IMG/VR virus record: IMGVR_UViG_3300030376_007431
Coordinates: 1 to 64,000 of that record
Length of the DNA: 64,000 nucleotides
DNA from: a virus
Lineage: Duplodnaviria; Caudoviricetes
Reading direction: 5' to 3' (one strand)
The position numbers and the translations under genes were made by a program. The notes beneath the pieces were generated by a model. The model had not been told where the DNA came from. It did not search any database and saw nothing but the letters and a program-made list of their open reading frames with translations. This document shows positions 63,626 through 64,000 of this stretch, piece by piece; position 1 is the first letter of the stretch; the number at the start of each line of letters is the position of its first letter.

Positions 63626-64000
63626 TATTGTGCAATATAGTCTGCCTCGAACAGGTTCTACACTTATCCGTAGAGTGTTATATAGTCTGTTCCCTGAAAG
63701 CGAAGCCCCTTCACAGCATCCTCCGCTCCATTATAACTCCCGTGACGCTTTGATTGTGAGCTCATGCAGGTATCCACTGGATGTTTTGGTATCGTATGCT
63801 AGAGTACACCACTGTGAACAAGGTTATGAACTCGGTGGGATTGATGAGGATTTACTTGCACATCATGCAAAAAGGATAAAAACACTATATCAATGGTATT
63901 TTAAAGACTTAGACCATTGTAGGGGCGGCATTCTACAAATCAAATATGAAAAATTTTGGAACAACTATGATTATATTTTCGATAATCTTGAGACCTTTCT
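63618..64000 (+). CDS. Second sulfotransferase, 3'-truncated by the window edge (not in ORF track)
   Basis: Hand translation: MRNIVQYSLPRTGSTLIRRVL (PAPS loop)...CRYPLDVLVSY (3'-PB)...IKYEKF; frame open to the end. Confidence 0.8.
   Translation, partial: MRNIVQYSLPRTGSTLIRRVLYSLFPESEAPSQHPPLHYNSRDALIVSSCRYPLDVLVSYARVHHCEQGYELGGIDEDLLAHHAKRIKTLYQWYFKDLDHCRGGILQIKYEKFWNNYDYIFDNLETF

Noticed and set aside
1-64000. Alternative genetic code (stop-codon reassignment), common in some huge phages
   Set aside because: Conserved genes are full length in the standard code and end in TAA, TAG and TGA at the expected positions.

Overview
A 64-kb segment of a large AT-rich dsDNA tailed-phage (jumbo/huge phage-type) genome. 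Essentially every credible gene is on the + strand, with tight ATGA/TAATG overlaps and the standard genetic code. Several clues point to a Planctomycetota (probably Pirellulales) host: three Tat-signal DUF1501 paralogues, an FmdB zinc ribbon, a secreted Pro/Tyr-rich protein, and a tmRNA with tag VEENFALAA. Layout: (1-10.6 kb) small accessory genes, SSB, rIIA/rIIB, epimerase, PAP2 phosphatase, tmRNA; (10.7-16.2 kb) a first glycosyltransferase/radical-SAM cluster; (16.2-20.6 kb) small genes, a sigma factor and a catalytically degenerate DeoC; (20.7-24.4 kb) a structured leader followed by nrdA and a tyrosyl-radical-less (class Ic-type) nrdB; (24.4-33.5 kb) putative virion genes interleaved with three DUF1501 genes, phoH and FmdB; (35-50 kb) the replication core (RecA, dUTPase, DnaB, DnaG, dNMP kinase, Cas4/RecB-like nuclease, an intein-less split DnaE with a DEDDh exonuclease between its halves, a second SSB and a second sigma factor); (50-64 kb) a glycan island (GT4 x3, GT2, GT32, GT47-like x2, GT10, GDP-fucose synthase, two sulfotransferases) that runs off the right edge. 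All family calls come from motif recognition by eye; no searches were run. No capsid, terminase, CRISPR array, tRNA or integrase was seen.
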